The notes under the pieces are model-generated. The model was not told the DNA's origin. It saw only the letters and a program-made list of their open reading frames with translations, and did not search any database. From the IMG/VR virus record IMGVR_UViG_3300005080_000002: a DNA stretch of 37,966 nucleotides, one strand, 5' to 3'. The position numbers and the translations under genes were made by a program. The stretch is from an uncultured virus (IMG/VR IMGVR_UViG_3300005080_000002). Taxonomy: Duplodnaviria; Heunggongvirae; Uroviricota; Caudoviricetes. Shown in pieces: positions 1 through 8,466 of this stretch (its first letter is position 1; the number at the start of each line of letters is the position of its first letter).

Positions 1-317
1 CTCCGAACTCCAACCAGATGAAGACCGCCATCGGCGCGATCAACACCTACGGTGCCGCTCTGGAGAAGTCAATCACCGAGTTCCGTCCGGCTCAGGAAGA
101 AATGTCCAAGCTGAACGAAGCCGTTAAGTCTGCCATCTCCAAGCTGAAAGACGGCAAGGCCGAAGAGAAAGAAGCCAACAAGGCCGCACTGAAAGAAGCT
201 CGCTTCGCGGTCCAGACCAACGTCGCCATGACCCGCGCCGTTTCCGCTGCCCTGCGCAACGGTGGCTTCGGTCTGATCGGCTACGTCCAAGCCGGTATCG
301 ATGCTTACGAGAAGTAA
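1..317 (+). CDS. C-terminal part of a probable internal-head (inner body) protein; starts upstream of the window
   Basis: Frame open from the window edge (ccg aac tcc aac cag atg...). Ala/Lys/Glu-rich helical sequence with the same strong codon bias as the capsid gene, followed by a terminator. Position before the gp98-101-like block fits the phiKZ gp93-97 family (inference). Confidence 0.55.
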   Translation, partial: PNSNQMKTAIGAINTYGAALEKSITEFRPAQEEMSKLNEAVKSAISKLKDGKAEEKEANKAALKEARFAVQTNVAMTRAVSAALRNGGFGLIGYVQAGIDAYEK

Positions 318-357
318 GCACCGGTAGGCTAAGTTGGTAATCCAATAAAGCCGATTT

Positions 358-391
358 AGTGAGGAGGGGAAACCCTCCTCACTTTATTTTT
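358..391 (+). terminator. Intrinsic terminator
   Basis: AGTGAGGAGGG-GAAA-CCCTCCTCACT (11-bp stem, GNRA loop) followed by TTATTTTT. Confidence 0.9.
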
Positions 392-431
392 ATTTGTTTT
401 TAGTCTGCGGTCATTTTGTGGAGGTGTACCT

Positions 432-2039
432 ATGCCAATGTTCACAGAAGAGATCCATGACCACGATGGGACGGTAAGAGAACAGTCGATCATTTCAGCG
501 ATTAATAACATCCTGAAGATAATCGGCTTGAAAGATACTGACTACAGCTTTAGCGAGCCGTACAGTAACTCGAGTCAGCCCGAAGGTACCGTCGGGGTAA
601 AGACGCCCGTCAAAATGGGCGTTAGTCGTCGCGTTTTTATTGATGTAGATGATATACGCGATCCCGACAACTTGACAGATCGTGGCGTGGGTTATGATTT
701 CCAACCTGCGTTCTTCCATCACCCAGTAACCAAGGTACAGCTGTGCCCAGCACATGCTAGACATGACCTTAACTTCTCAATGCGTTTTCGTCACGAGTCT
801 CGCGCTGCGTGCCGTAAGTTCCTGAATGAAATACATCGCCGTGCGTCGCTCCAAGGCGACGTATACGAGATTTCGGTAGACTACCACTACCTTATCCCGC
901 CGACGGCACTATCGTTGCTTAAAGCTACGCAGGAGGCCCACAATGCTAAGCTTCCTGAAGCAGAACATATTAGCCTACTTGATTACTTCGTAGCTGGCTT
1001 TTCCCCAGCGGTTACGGTGCTAACAAATAACGTAGGTGGTGGTTCTCAGTACGCCGTACGTAATACCCTCAATCGTGTCATATGTCAGATGGAGGGTCCC
1101 GGAGACATTAACCAGGAGAAACAGGTCGAAACTGGACCGTGGGAAGCGACCATTCGTTTCAAGATCCAGGTTGATTGGCCAGAGGCTGTCTCGGTACATT
1201 ACCCTGCGATGTATAACAATACATTGATTGGTGATTTCTGGTGGCAGGAAACTGAAGTACCTGGCGTATCGGATGATGTGGCACTGCGCAACGTCTACGT
1301 AACCGCACAGGATAAAATCTCCCAACGCCGCCCCACTCTCAATTTGCCTATCTTCATGCCGCCAGTAGACGCGCCAGAAGTTAAGGCTGGTACGAGAGAC
1401 CCAGGTGAGTTCTCGATGATCATTGGCTATTTGGAAATGGATGGTGACCGGCCGTCGCCAGTTCATCTGTTTAGCTTAGCCAATCTCGGTGAGGTATCGT
1501 TTGCACCGAAGCATCTGGAATACTTGAAAGCCGCATACGCAGAGAACCAAGACGGTCGTGACTCAATCTACCGGGTCTATGTGTATGACAACTACAACCA
1601 GTTCGACCCACAGTACGTCGGCGTAACGCCAGATCTGGACGCATACCTTATCCGTGAGGTATTCCTGGAGAAGACGTATCGCTTTGCCATCTCGGTTCGC
1701 ACTGACTGGAGATACCTGACCGACAAAGGTAAGGAGATCCTCGGTAAATTCCCAGATGTCATCAAGGACGTCATTGTCGAGTTCCGACCAGACCTCATCC
1801 CTAAATACCCAGAGCTATTTGTGCCGCGCATTGACTGGCCTGGGAGCGAAGGTTTCCCATGGCCGACGCAACCTGGTGACGGTGCCGGTGCCGGTGTTGA
1901 CTGGGATGATTTGGAACCTGACGATATTGACCGCATCATTGACGATTTGACCAGTCCGGGTGAAGGGGATGACGGTAAAAACTACTACCGTTCGATGTTC
2001 ACCGTACTGAATGGTCGCATCATTGCGAGGAGGACGTAA
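432..2039 (+). CDS. Virion structural protein (phiKZ gp98-like by synteny)
   Basis: 535-aa ORF, RBS GGAGG; its stop overlaps the next start (TAATG); first gene of a four-gene block. Confidence 0.55.
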   Translation: MPMFTEEIHDHDGTVREQSIISAINNILKIIGLKDTDYSFSEPYSNSSQPEGTVGVKTPVKMGVSRRVFIDVDDIRDPDNLTDRGVGYDFQPAFFHHPVTKVQLCPAHARHDLNFSMRFRHESRAACRKFLNEIHRRASLQGDVYEISVDYHYLIPPTALSLLKATQEAHNAKLPEAEHISLLDYFVAGFSPAVTVLTNNVGGGSQYAVRNTLNRVICQMEGPGDINQEKQVETGPWEATIRFKIQVDWPEAVSVHYPAMYNNTLIGDFWWQETEVPGVSDDVALRNVYVTAQDKISQRRPTLNLPIFMPPVDAPEVKAGTRDPGEFSMIIGYLEMDGDRPSPVHLFSLANLGEVSFAPKHLEYLKAAYAENQDGRDSIYRVYVYDNYNQFDPQYVGVTPDLDAYLIREVFLEKTYRFAISVRTDWRYLTDKGKEILGKFPDVIKDVIVEFRPDLIPKYPELFVPRIDWPGSEGFPWPTQPGDGAGAGVDWDDLEPDDIDRIIDDLTSPGEGDDGKNYYRSMFTVLNGRIIARRT

Positions 2040-3391
2040 TGGCTATTGCCGGGCAATTGCCCAACAAACCCCCACAGGGCGATCGTATCTTACCGGTATC
2101 GAAGAACCCACAAACAGTCGACCCGATTATCGAGAATGCCCCGATTGCAGTATCGCGGCCTGACCGTAACGCGTTGGTAGACAGTAACTATGCCCCATCC
2201 CAGAACCTCGTCAGTCATATCGAGGGGGCTCCGTGGACGTGTAACTACTATCGACAAGTATTGGGTAAGGATAATACACCCAAGCCGTTGCAGCCGGGTG
2301 TGTCGGCAGTACACCAACAGTATGATGTTTACCGCGACTATATCCTCCGAGTTAATAGCGCAATTACATCAAACCAAGACAGTGATACCAAAGAGTTCAC
2401 TGCGGTTGGTGAAGCGAGTATGTTCTACGGTCTTGTCCCGAACGTTGGCGATATGTTCATCGCCGATGCCGGCGGCGGGGAAGTGGGAATGTTCACGCTG
2501 ACCGAAGTAGAGCGAATGGGTTACATGAAGCAGGCATGTTATCGTGTTAACTTCCAGCTCGTCTGCGTCGGCGACGACCCTCGCTTTGAAATCATCGATA
2601 GTCGCATCAATCGCCAGTTTGTATTTGATGTGGAACTTCTGGAGCTGATGGATAATCCATTCCTCTCCTTGGAAGACCACCTCAAGTTTGAAGGACTGGC
2701 CGAACAGTACGAGCGTATCTCCAAATACTTCAAGGCCAAATTCTGGTCGGCACAAGTAAACACGTTGAAAGTGCCCGAGCAGGATGAACTGGTGTACGAT
2801 GGGTTCCATTCTGAATTCTGTCGCTATATCGGGCTTGAGAACCCCCTAGAAACGATCCGCGTCCATCAGTTAGGGGGTTTACCGTACGATGGGGTAATAA
2901 CGCTCTGGAATGCGTTTAAGGAGCTTTCATCACATAATCTGATGTTGGCGCATCGTGAGTTCAACCTCATCCTCACCAATTCGTTTGTAAATTATCCGGT
3001 ATTGCGTGGTATCTACTATACTCAATTCCGTAAGGTGGTTTACCCAAGCGGTGACTTTGGTAATGACGACCCCGGCATCCATCGCGAAGTCGGTGAAGTT
3101 ATGACTCGCAAATCGGTACCTGGGCCGGCTATTTTTGCCAATACGTTTAAACCCATCACGGTTGACAGCGCATACGTACTAAGCCAACCGTTCTATGATG
3201 AAAACACGGTACTGATGTGTGACTTCGAACGTCGTCTCTATGACATGCTCGAACAGAAAGCCGTGGCGGTAGAATCGGTGTCCGACATCGCAGCTAAGTT
3301 CTTCAAGCTGCCTTTGTTGGAACAGTATTATTACGGCCCGCTCATTTTGGTACTTATCAACTACTGCAAGAGGAACCCGCAATGGATATAG
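2039..3391 (+). CDS. Virion structural protein (phiKZ gp99-like)
   Basis: 450-aa ORF, RBS GAGGAGG. Motifs HIEGAPWTCNYYRQVLG and PNVGDMFIADAG recall this jumbo-phage virion family. Confidence 0.65.
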   Translation: MAIAGQLPNKPPQGDRILPVSKNPQTVDPIIENAPIAVSRPDRNALVDSNYAPSQNLVSHIEGAPWTCNYYRQVLGKDNTPKPLQPGVSAVHQQYDVYRDYILRVNSAITSNQDSDTKEFTAVGEASMFYGLVPNVGDMFIADAGGGEVGMFTLTEVERMGYMKQACYRVNFQLVCVGDDPRFEIIDSRINRQFVFDVELLELMDNPFLSLEDHLKFEGLAEQYERISKYFKAKFWSAQVNTLKVPEQDELVYDGFHSEFCRYIGLENPLETIRVHQLGGLPYDGVITLWNAFKELSSHNLMLAHREFNLILTNSFVNYPVLRGIYYTQFRKVVYPSGDFGNDDPGIHREVGEVMTRKSVPGPAIFANTFKPITVDSAYVLSQPFYDENTVLMCDFERRLYDMLEQKAVAVESVSDIAAKFFKLPLLEQYYYGPLILVLINYCKRNPQWI

Positions 3392-4023
3392 CTCTTAGTG
3401 ACCAGACTGCCGCCTTTCGGCTGTTCCACTATTACTATCTCTGTCGGATGCCTGCTGCTGAACGTATGGATGTGAACGACCATGAGTTCTATGGTATCAC
3501 AACCACAATGAACCGTGCTTGGGATGCCGCTTTGGCATCCCACATGGACTACCAGCAGCTCACCCCTGCCGAGATGGCCCACTACTGCGCCCAGGGCGTC
3601 AAGCTCGAAATTCACGATCCTCAGGATGCGGTAAAGATTTATAAGGATATCAACCTCCATCTACAGAACTGGCAGACGCATCTGGCTAACATAATGCGTC
3701 CGCTTGAACCGCCATTGGAAGGCCTTAAAGAATTCAACCAACTGGCTAAGTTGTTGATCATGATCGCCCGCGGTAATGGGCTGGTTAACAGTCTTGAACG
3801 TACCGACCGTAAACATGCTGAGCGGGGCTTCCGTGCATCGCACCGTAGCAGGCGTGATCCAATCCTTAGTTCAATTACACATGGTGACATTACCTTTAAC
3901 AACATCCTCGAGTTGGCCGGCCGCGCAGGCCATAGCATCCGCAAGTACCAACTCAACGGTGAGTTGCTTACTTCTGCTCGTGAGGCCGAAGGAGGTAGTC
4001 ATCTATTCAAGGGCTCTATTTAA
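3382..4023 (+). CDS. Conserved jumbo-phage hypothetical protein (gp100-like by synteny)
   Basis: 213-aa ORF, RBS GAGG, overlaps the upstream stop; motif DAVKIYKDINLHLQNW. Confidence 0.55.
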   Translation: MDIALSDQTAAFRLFHYYYLCRMPAAERMDVNDHEFYGITTTMNRAWDAALASHMDYQQLTPAEMAHYCAQGVKLEIHDPQDAVKIYKDINLHLQNWQTHLANIMRPLEPPLEGLKEFNQLAKLLIMIARGNGLVNSLERTDRKHAERGFRASHRSRRDPILSSITHGDITFNNILELAGRAGHSIRKYQLNGELLTSAREAEGGSHLFKGSI

Positions 4024-4035
4024 GGAAGTGTAACA

Positions 4036-5334
4036 ATGGACCAAATCGATGTAATAATTAGATCCAACCTCCCGACGTTAAAAGGACTCCCGCAGTTCGA
4101 GTACGATATGACGTTGCGAATTGGCAAGATGCAGTTTAATGTAAGCCGTGTTATCGCCAAGACTACTCGCGAACATTATCTTGCAGCGTTATTTGAAGTG
4201 GTCCTTGTTACCGTCATCATGACGCCGTCACAGCTGGCCCAGTTGGTCCTTCCGGGTCATGCCAATATTCAAGCGACGTTAATCAAGCGTCGCTCGGATG
4301 GCAGTAATAAGGTCATTACGAAGTATCGCGCTATCATGACCGATAATGCTAACCCGATGCTCATGGGTAATAACGCAGACGCCTCACGAACGTCTGAGAT
4401 GGACATGCAATCGGTCTCGGTAGTGACGTTCCAACTCATCCGCGCGGTTAATTACGACTTACGCCTGCGTCGCTTCGCAGGTATTGTCTTTAAGAATACA
4501 ACCCCCATTAAGGTACTCCAGCATCTCCTTGCCGTTAATATGCTCAAGGATGAATATGAGCAGACGGAAACCGTAGCCGCCATCTCCACCGAGGAAGGTT
4601 TCGTTGAGAAGAAATACCCGTCCATCGAAATCAAAGAAAGTCTGGAGCTTATGAAGCTGCCTGACATGCTGCAAAACAACTATGGTATTTATAACCAAGG
4701 GTTGGGCTGCTACTTCAAAAACAGAAAGTGGCATATCTTCGCACCTTTCGGTTTAGCCAAACACTCCGCAGCTGGAAACAAGATCGTCATTATAAACGCT
4801 CCTGCTAACCGCTGGAGAGGTTCTGAGATAAACTATAAGGTAGAGGGCCGTACGCTTACGATCCTCGCCACGGGCGAAACCACGCACGTTAAATCGGCAG
4901 ACCGCGAAGCACTCAACGGAGGCACCGGTGTTCGTTATGCCGATATCAACTCGTTAGACTACACACCGGAGTCTGATGATCCCAGATCTTCACCCAAAGA
5001 CTATATGTCGGAGTACGTATCCAGTAACTACGATTCTGGATACCATAACGCCCCGATGATTGATACTGGATTTACCGGTAATCCGGCGGTACATGCCAGT
5101 GCATTGGCCGCTCGTGGTGGGGATATCGTTGAAGTAGTATGGGAGCGTGGGGATATCGATCTACTGACTCCTGGAGCAGCAGTCCGCTTCATTACGCAAA
5201 ATGGTCCAGGTATTCGTGATCTTCAAGGTACGCTGATTGGCGCTGAGGAGCACAGTAATGTGCCTGAGGGCGGGATGGTAGAATTACGACACGTAGCCAT
5301 GGTTAAACTTACACTATTCATCAAGAAAGTGTAA
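4036..5334 (+). CDS. Virion structural protein, possibly baseplate (phiKZ gp101-like)
   Basis: 432-aa ORF, RBS AAGGA; motif LQNNYGIYNQGLGCYF; last gene of the block. Confidence 0.6.
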   Translation: MDQIDVIIRSNLPTLKGLPQFEYDMTLRIGKMQFNVSRVIAKTTREHYLAALFEVVLVTVIMTPSQLAQLVLPGHANIQATLIKRRSDGSNKVITKYRAIMTDNANPMLMGNNADASRTSEMDMQSVSVVTFQLIRAVNYDLRLRRFAGIVFKNTTPIKVLQHLLAVNMLKDEYEQTETVAAISTEEGFVEKKYPSIEIKESLELMKLPDMLQNNYGIYNQGLGCYFKNRKWHIFAPFGLAKHSAAGNKIVIINAPANRWRGSEINYKVEGRTLTILATGETTHVKSADREALNGGTGVRYADINSLDYTPESDDPRSSPKDYMSEYVSSNYDSGYHNAPMIDTGFTGNPAVHASALAARGGDIVEVVWERGDIDLLTPGAAVRFITQNGPGIRDLQGTLIGAEEHSNVPEGGMVELRHVAMVKLTLFIKKV

Positions 5335-5385
5335 AAAATAACATGGCTGTGCATTATTTGAACAACCACAGAAGAGTACAGAAAA

Positions 5386-6171
5386 ATGATTGAACATGTA
5401 CTGAATTGCAACATCTTCTCCGACCCGGTAGTGGCTGCCCGTGTATGGCCCCTCCTTGGTATTGATGCCAAGGCGTTCCATACGCTGCATGCTCTGCATC
5501 TCAATGCAGACAACGTAGTCGTGAAAGGAGCACTGAAAGGTGAAGACGGCAAACCCGGCCGTTCTGGAAAAGAAGTGATTCACTTCACTGACGCTGAAGC
5601 GCGTAACGTTTACGTACGCGGTATCCGCATCATTGAAGCTGCCCGTAACGCACTGTGCGAAGTAGAAACCCGCCAGTTCGTTGACACGGTGATCCTCCAG
5701 CTCCTGCAAAACAATCTGCTCATCGAGTATGAAGTAGTAGATCTGCTGACTCGTGAAATGATTGCTTCGCAAGATGCCGAAGTAGTTGAGATCTCCGCTC
5801 TTTACCCGCTTCACATCCTGCGCCAAGAACATGCCGGTTTCCGTTGCCTGGATGAACTGATGGTACGCCACTTCTTCGAAGAAGGTGTCGGTACCGGTGA
5901 AGAGAAGTTCTATCTGCGCCACTTCCCGGTCGTGATCATCGGCAACATGATCTCTTTCAACCAGCATCTGCCGGTCCCTACGCTCGCCAGCGACAACGTG
6001 CGCTTTGAGCCGGATAACCAGCCTGTACGTACCGGTGCTATCAAGTGGGTTGCCAATGGCAAGGCCCGCTGCATCAAGGGTCGTAACAATACCTGGATTG
6101 GCTTTGCAGCCGATGGTACCAAGTACACCCTCTCACTCCACGGTGCTGTTGCGGACGAAACGTCTAAATAA
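5386..6171 (+). CDS. Hypothetical protein
   Basis: 261-aa ORF with biased codon usage; no recognised motif. Confidence 0.7.
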   Translation: MIEHVLNCNIFSDPVVAARVWPLLGIDAKAFHTLHALHLNADNVVVKGALKGEDGKPGRSGKEVIHFTDAEARNVYVRGIRIIEAARNALCEVETRQFVDTVILQLLQNNLLIEYEVVDLLTREMIASQDAEVVEISALYPLHILRQEHAGFRCLDELMVRHFFEEGVGTGEEKFYLRHFPVVIIGNMISFNQHLPVPTLASDNVRFEPDNQPVRTGAIKWVANGKARCIKGRNNTWIGFAADGTKYTLSLHGAVADETSK

Positions 6172-6247
6172 AAACAGCGTTGTCTAGTATATGAACGAGA
6201 AGGTTCGCTTCTCGAAAACCAACCAAAAAAATCAAAAGGACTATGTC

Positions 6248-6718
6248 ATGGGTTTCTTCGACCGTTTGAAAGGTAAAGCAAAAGACACTACCAAAGCTGC
6301 CGTTAAGCTGAACAACAAAGATCTGGTAGAGGCACTGACCGGCTCCCTGGCTCTGATCGTCATGGCCGACGGTACTGCCGACGAGAAAGAAGTTGCCAAG
6401 GTTAAAGGCCTGCTGCGCACCAACAAGAACGTTGCCGACTACGTCAACGAAGTCGAGCGCATGTTCGACAAGTTCATCGAGCGTCTGCAAGCTGGCTTCC
6501 GCACCGGCCGCCAAGAAATCCTGCTGGAGATCTCCCAGGTCAAGGGCAACAAGTTCGACGCCGAATCCGTTCTGTTGAACGCTATCGAAGTGGCCGAAGC
6601 CTCCTGCGACGAGCCGACCGAAGAGAACCCGAACCCGGAGAAGATCTCCGACGACGAAGTGAAAGTGCTGGAAGCCATCGCCAAGGCACTGGACCTGCGT
6701 CTGGAAGACCACCTGTAA
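6248..6718 (+). CDS. terB: TerB-family (tellurite resistance-like) protein, 156 aa
   Basis: Start reassigned to ATG 6248 (RBS AAAGGA). N-terminus MGFFDRLK, ALIVMADGTADEKEV motif and C-terminal E..VLEAIAKALDL helix are typical of TerB proteins. Confidence 0.8.
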   Translation: MGFFDRLKGKAKDTTKAAVKLNNKDLVEALTGSLALIVMADGTADEKEVAKVKGLLRTNKNVADYVNEVERMFDKFIERLQAGFRTGRQEILLEISQVKGNKFDAESVLLNAIEVAEASCDEPTEENPNPEKISDDEVKVLEAIAKALDLRLEDHL

Positions 6719-6740
6719 TCCGGCCGGTAACGGTAAAAGA

Positions 6741-6767
6741 GCCGAGGGGCAATGCCCCTCGGTTTTT
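6741..6767 (+). terminator. Intrinsic terminator after terB
   Basis: GCCGAGGGGC-AAT-GCCCCTCGGT followed by TTTT. Confidence 0.85.
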
Positions 6768-6778
6768 ATGTCATATCT

Positions 6779-6873
6779 TATGTAGGAACTTTCCATGACC
6801 TACGGATTCGATTCGAGTCCAGTTGCCTGACATAGTACCGTTTCCGAGAGGGCGAAAGCCCTCTCCTTTTTTT
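6779..6873 (+). ncRNA. Candidate small structured RNA (alternatively an 11-codon mini-ORF, 6795-6830)
   Basis: Lies between two terminators and begins with TATG. Hairpins GTAGG/CCTAC and GGATTCG/CGAGTCC; ends at its own terminator. Confidence 0.3.
6846..6873 (+). terminator. Intrinsic terminator
   Basis: GAGAGGGC-GAAA-GCCCTCTC followed by C and a T-run. Confidence 0.9.
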
Positions 6874-6890
6874 GTCTTTTATCTAAAATC

Positions 6891-6915
6891 TTTTCAGACA
6901 TATATTACAATAGTG
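6891..6915 (+). promoter_or_regulatory. phiKZ-type early promoter
   Basis: TTTTCAGACATATATTACAATAGTG contains TATATTAC, the phiKZ early promoter core; 23/25 identical to 15667-15691. Confidence 0.8.
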
Positions 6916-6962
6916 ACATTGGATATTAATCCTGCTATAAGCATCTCAATCTAGGAGCTATC

Positions 6963-7073
6963 ATGAAAGTTGTATCTAAGAAACGTGCACGTATTGAAAT
7001 TATCTGCGGCTTGATGTCTATCCCGGCATCCTTCGGTCTGTTCTACTGGATGGCTGTACTGGCTACTAACTAA
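6963..7073 (+). CDS. 36-aa predicted membrane peptide (below the ORF-track cutoff)
   Basis: RBS AGGAG; MKVVSKKRARIEIICGLMSIPASFGLFYWMAVLATN has a basic N-terminus then a hydrophobic segment; its stop runs into the next RBS (TAAGGAG). Confidence 0.7.
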   Translation: MKVVSKKRARIEIICGLMSIPASFGLFYWMAVLATN

Positions 7074-7083
7074 GGAGAGAATC

Positions 7084-7419
7084 ATGCTGCAAGTAACCGG
7101 TTTTGAAAGTCGCCCAATCGTAGGACGCGGCAACGTCGTAGTAATGCGCACTATGCTTGTAAGTGAGCGTTGCTTAACTATGATGGAAGGTAAGACCTGT
7201 GTAGGCGGGGTGGTGCTCGACAATGTGACTATCGACCGCCAGCCAGACCTGGGACTTATTGCACTGTTAAAGCGCATTGAGACATTCAAAGATGATCTCA
7301 ATTCCTCTGACTCTGGCTTAGGCCACCTCTACATGATGGAGGTTAATAAGCTAGACCGTGCCGACGTAGGCGCGTTTGCTGTAGAGGCAGCCAAACTGTA
7401 TTACAAATATAAGGGATAA
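7084..7419 (+). CDS. Hypothetical early protein
   Basis: 111 aa, RBS AAGGAG. Confidence 0.75.
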   Translation: MLQVTGFESRPIVGRGNVVVMRTMLVSERCLTMMEGKTCVGGVVLDNVTIDRQPDLGLIALLKRIETFKDDLNSSDSGLGHLYMMEVNKLDRADVGAFAVEAAKLYYKYKG

Positions 7420-7422
7420 AAG

Positions 7423-7989
7423 ATGTATTTAATTCAGGGATATTTCTGGAAAGTTATTGGTGCGTTTCGCACCAAGGTAAGCTTTGATGGGTTTGTAGAG
7501 AACAAGCCAGAAGAGGTCGATGGCCACGTCGTCATCGACGACATCCCATTCCCAAAAGAGCAGATCACACTGCTCACCGAAGTACAGATCAGCGGTGTTA
7601 AGCCGCTGGATCTTTGCAAACTAATGGGTGTGGCTGTACGCACGCCCGTGAAAGAGATAGTGAAGGGCACTCTCTTTGATGAAGAATTCAAGGAGATGCG
7701 TAAGCGCATTAATGCGGTTATCACTGCCGAGCGCGGTGCCAAGCGCATCATCGATCGCGACAGTATGATGCAGCGCGTGGATGAGATTATCGACTTTGGC
7801 CGTGCGGTCATTGCTAGCGATACCAAGTCCGGCAACTATTCGACCGCGCGCATTACAGCCGATGGCACGATGGCTAAACTGAACGCGGTCTTAGTTGAGG
7901 TATATGACGCCCCAACTAAATCACAAGCACTGCAAGGGTACAAGTCGTACTCTGAAGCGATGATGGCCAAAGGCTATAGCTATAACTAA
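7423..7989 (+). CDS. Hypothetical early protein
   Basis: 188 aa, RBS AAGGGA, tightly coupled to the previous gene. Confidence 0.75.
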   Translation: MYLIQGYFWKVIGAFRTKVSFDGFVENKPEEVDGHVVIDDIPFPKEQITLLTEVQISGVKPLDLCKLMGVAVRTPVKEIVKGTLFDEEFKEMRKRINAVITAERGAKRIIDRDSMMQRVDEIIDFGRAVIASDTKSGNYSTARITADGTMAKLNAVLVEVYDAPTKSQALQGYKSYSEAMMAKGYSYN

Positions 7990-8030
7990 TTCCGTGCTAT
8001 AAGCACAATTGCATTCATTAGGAGCGTACC

Positions 8031-8417
8031 ATGAAAAACAAAACCTTTAAACAAATGATCGCCGATATCAGTTTGTCACCTGTAGTACGGTACAATCGCG
8101 CTGCTAGAGCGCGCGGAGCTAAACTGATCGATCGCCTCACTGCCGACTCAGTCCTGGTGTATAACGCTGGAAGTGGTGTCCCTTCTCTGGAGGGTTATCA
8201 CAAACCGACCGCCTTCCCGGCCCCCGCATACCTCTACCATGGTAAGCAATTTAAGGTTAAAGTCTGGCGCCATGAAGGTGCCGAGAGTTGGCCTGTGGTG
8301 TTGGATGTTAAGGTCGACATACTCGACCCGACTTCCATGTGGAGCGAAGCATTGGTCAAGACCAATGAGAAGGAGTTCCGCATCATCCGGCACGGTACAT
8401 TCTTCAGTCACCTCTGA
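8031..8417 (+). CDS. Hypothetical early protein
   Basis: 128 aa, RBS AGGAG, followed by a terminator. Confidence 0.75.
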   Translation: MKNKTFKQMIADISLSPVVRYNRAARARGAKLIDRLTADSVLVYNAGSGVPSLEGYHKPTAFPAPAYLYHGKQFKVKVWRHEGAESWPVVLDVKVDILDPTSMWSEALVKTNEKEFRIIRHGTFFSHL

Positions 8418-8427
8418 GTGACAGCAT

Positions 8428-8463
8428 AAAAAGAAGAGGGCTTTCGCCCCCTTCTTTTTTTTT
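8428..8463. terminator. Bidirectional terminator between convergent genes
   Basis: AAAAAGAAGAGGGC-TTTC-GCCCCTTCTTTTTTTTTT, with an A-tract on one side and a T-tract on the other. Confidence 0.85.
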
Positions 8464-8466
8464 GTG

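Noticed and set aside
6804..6825. TTCGAGTCC resembling a tRNA T-loop
   Set aside because: No T-stem pairing, D-arm or anticodon arm, so no cloverleaf can be drawn; kept only as part of the candidate small RNA.
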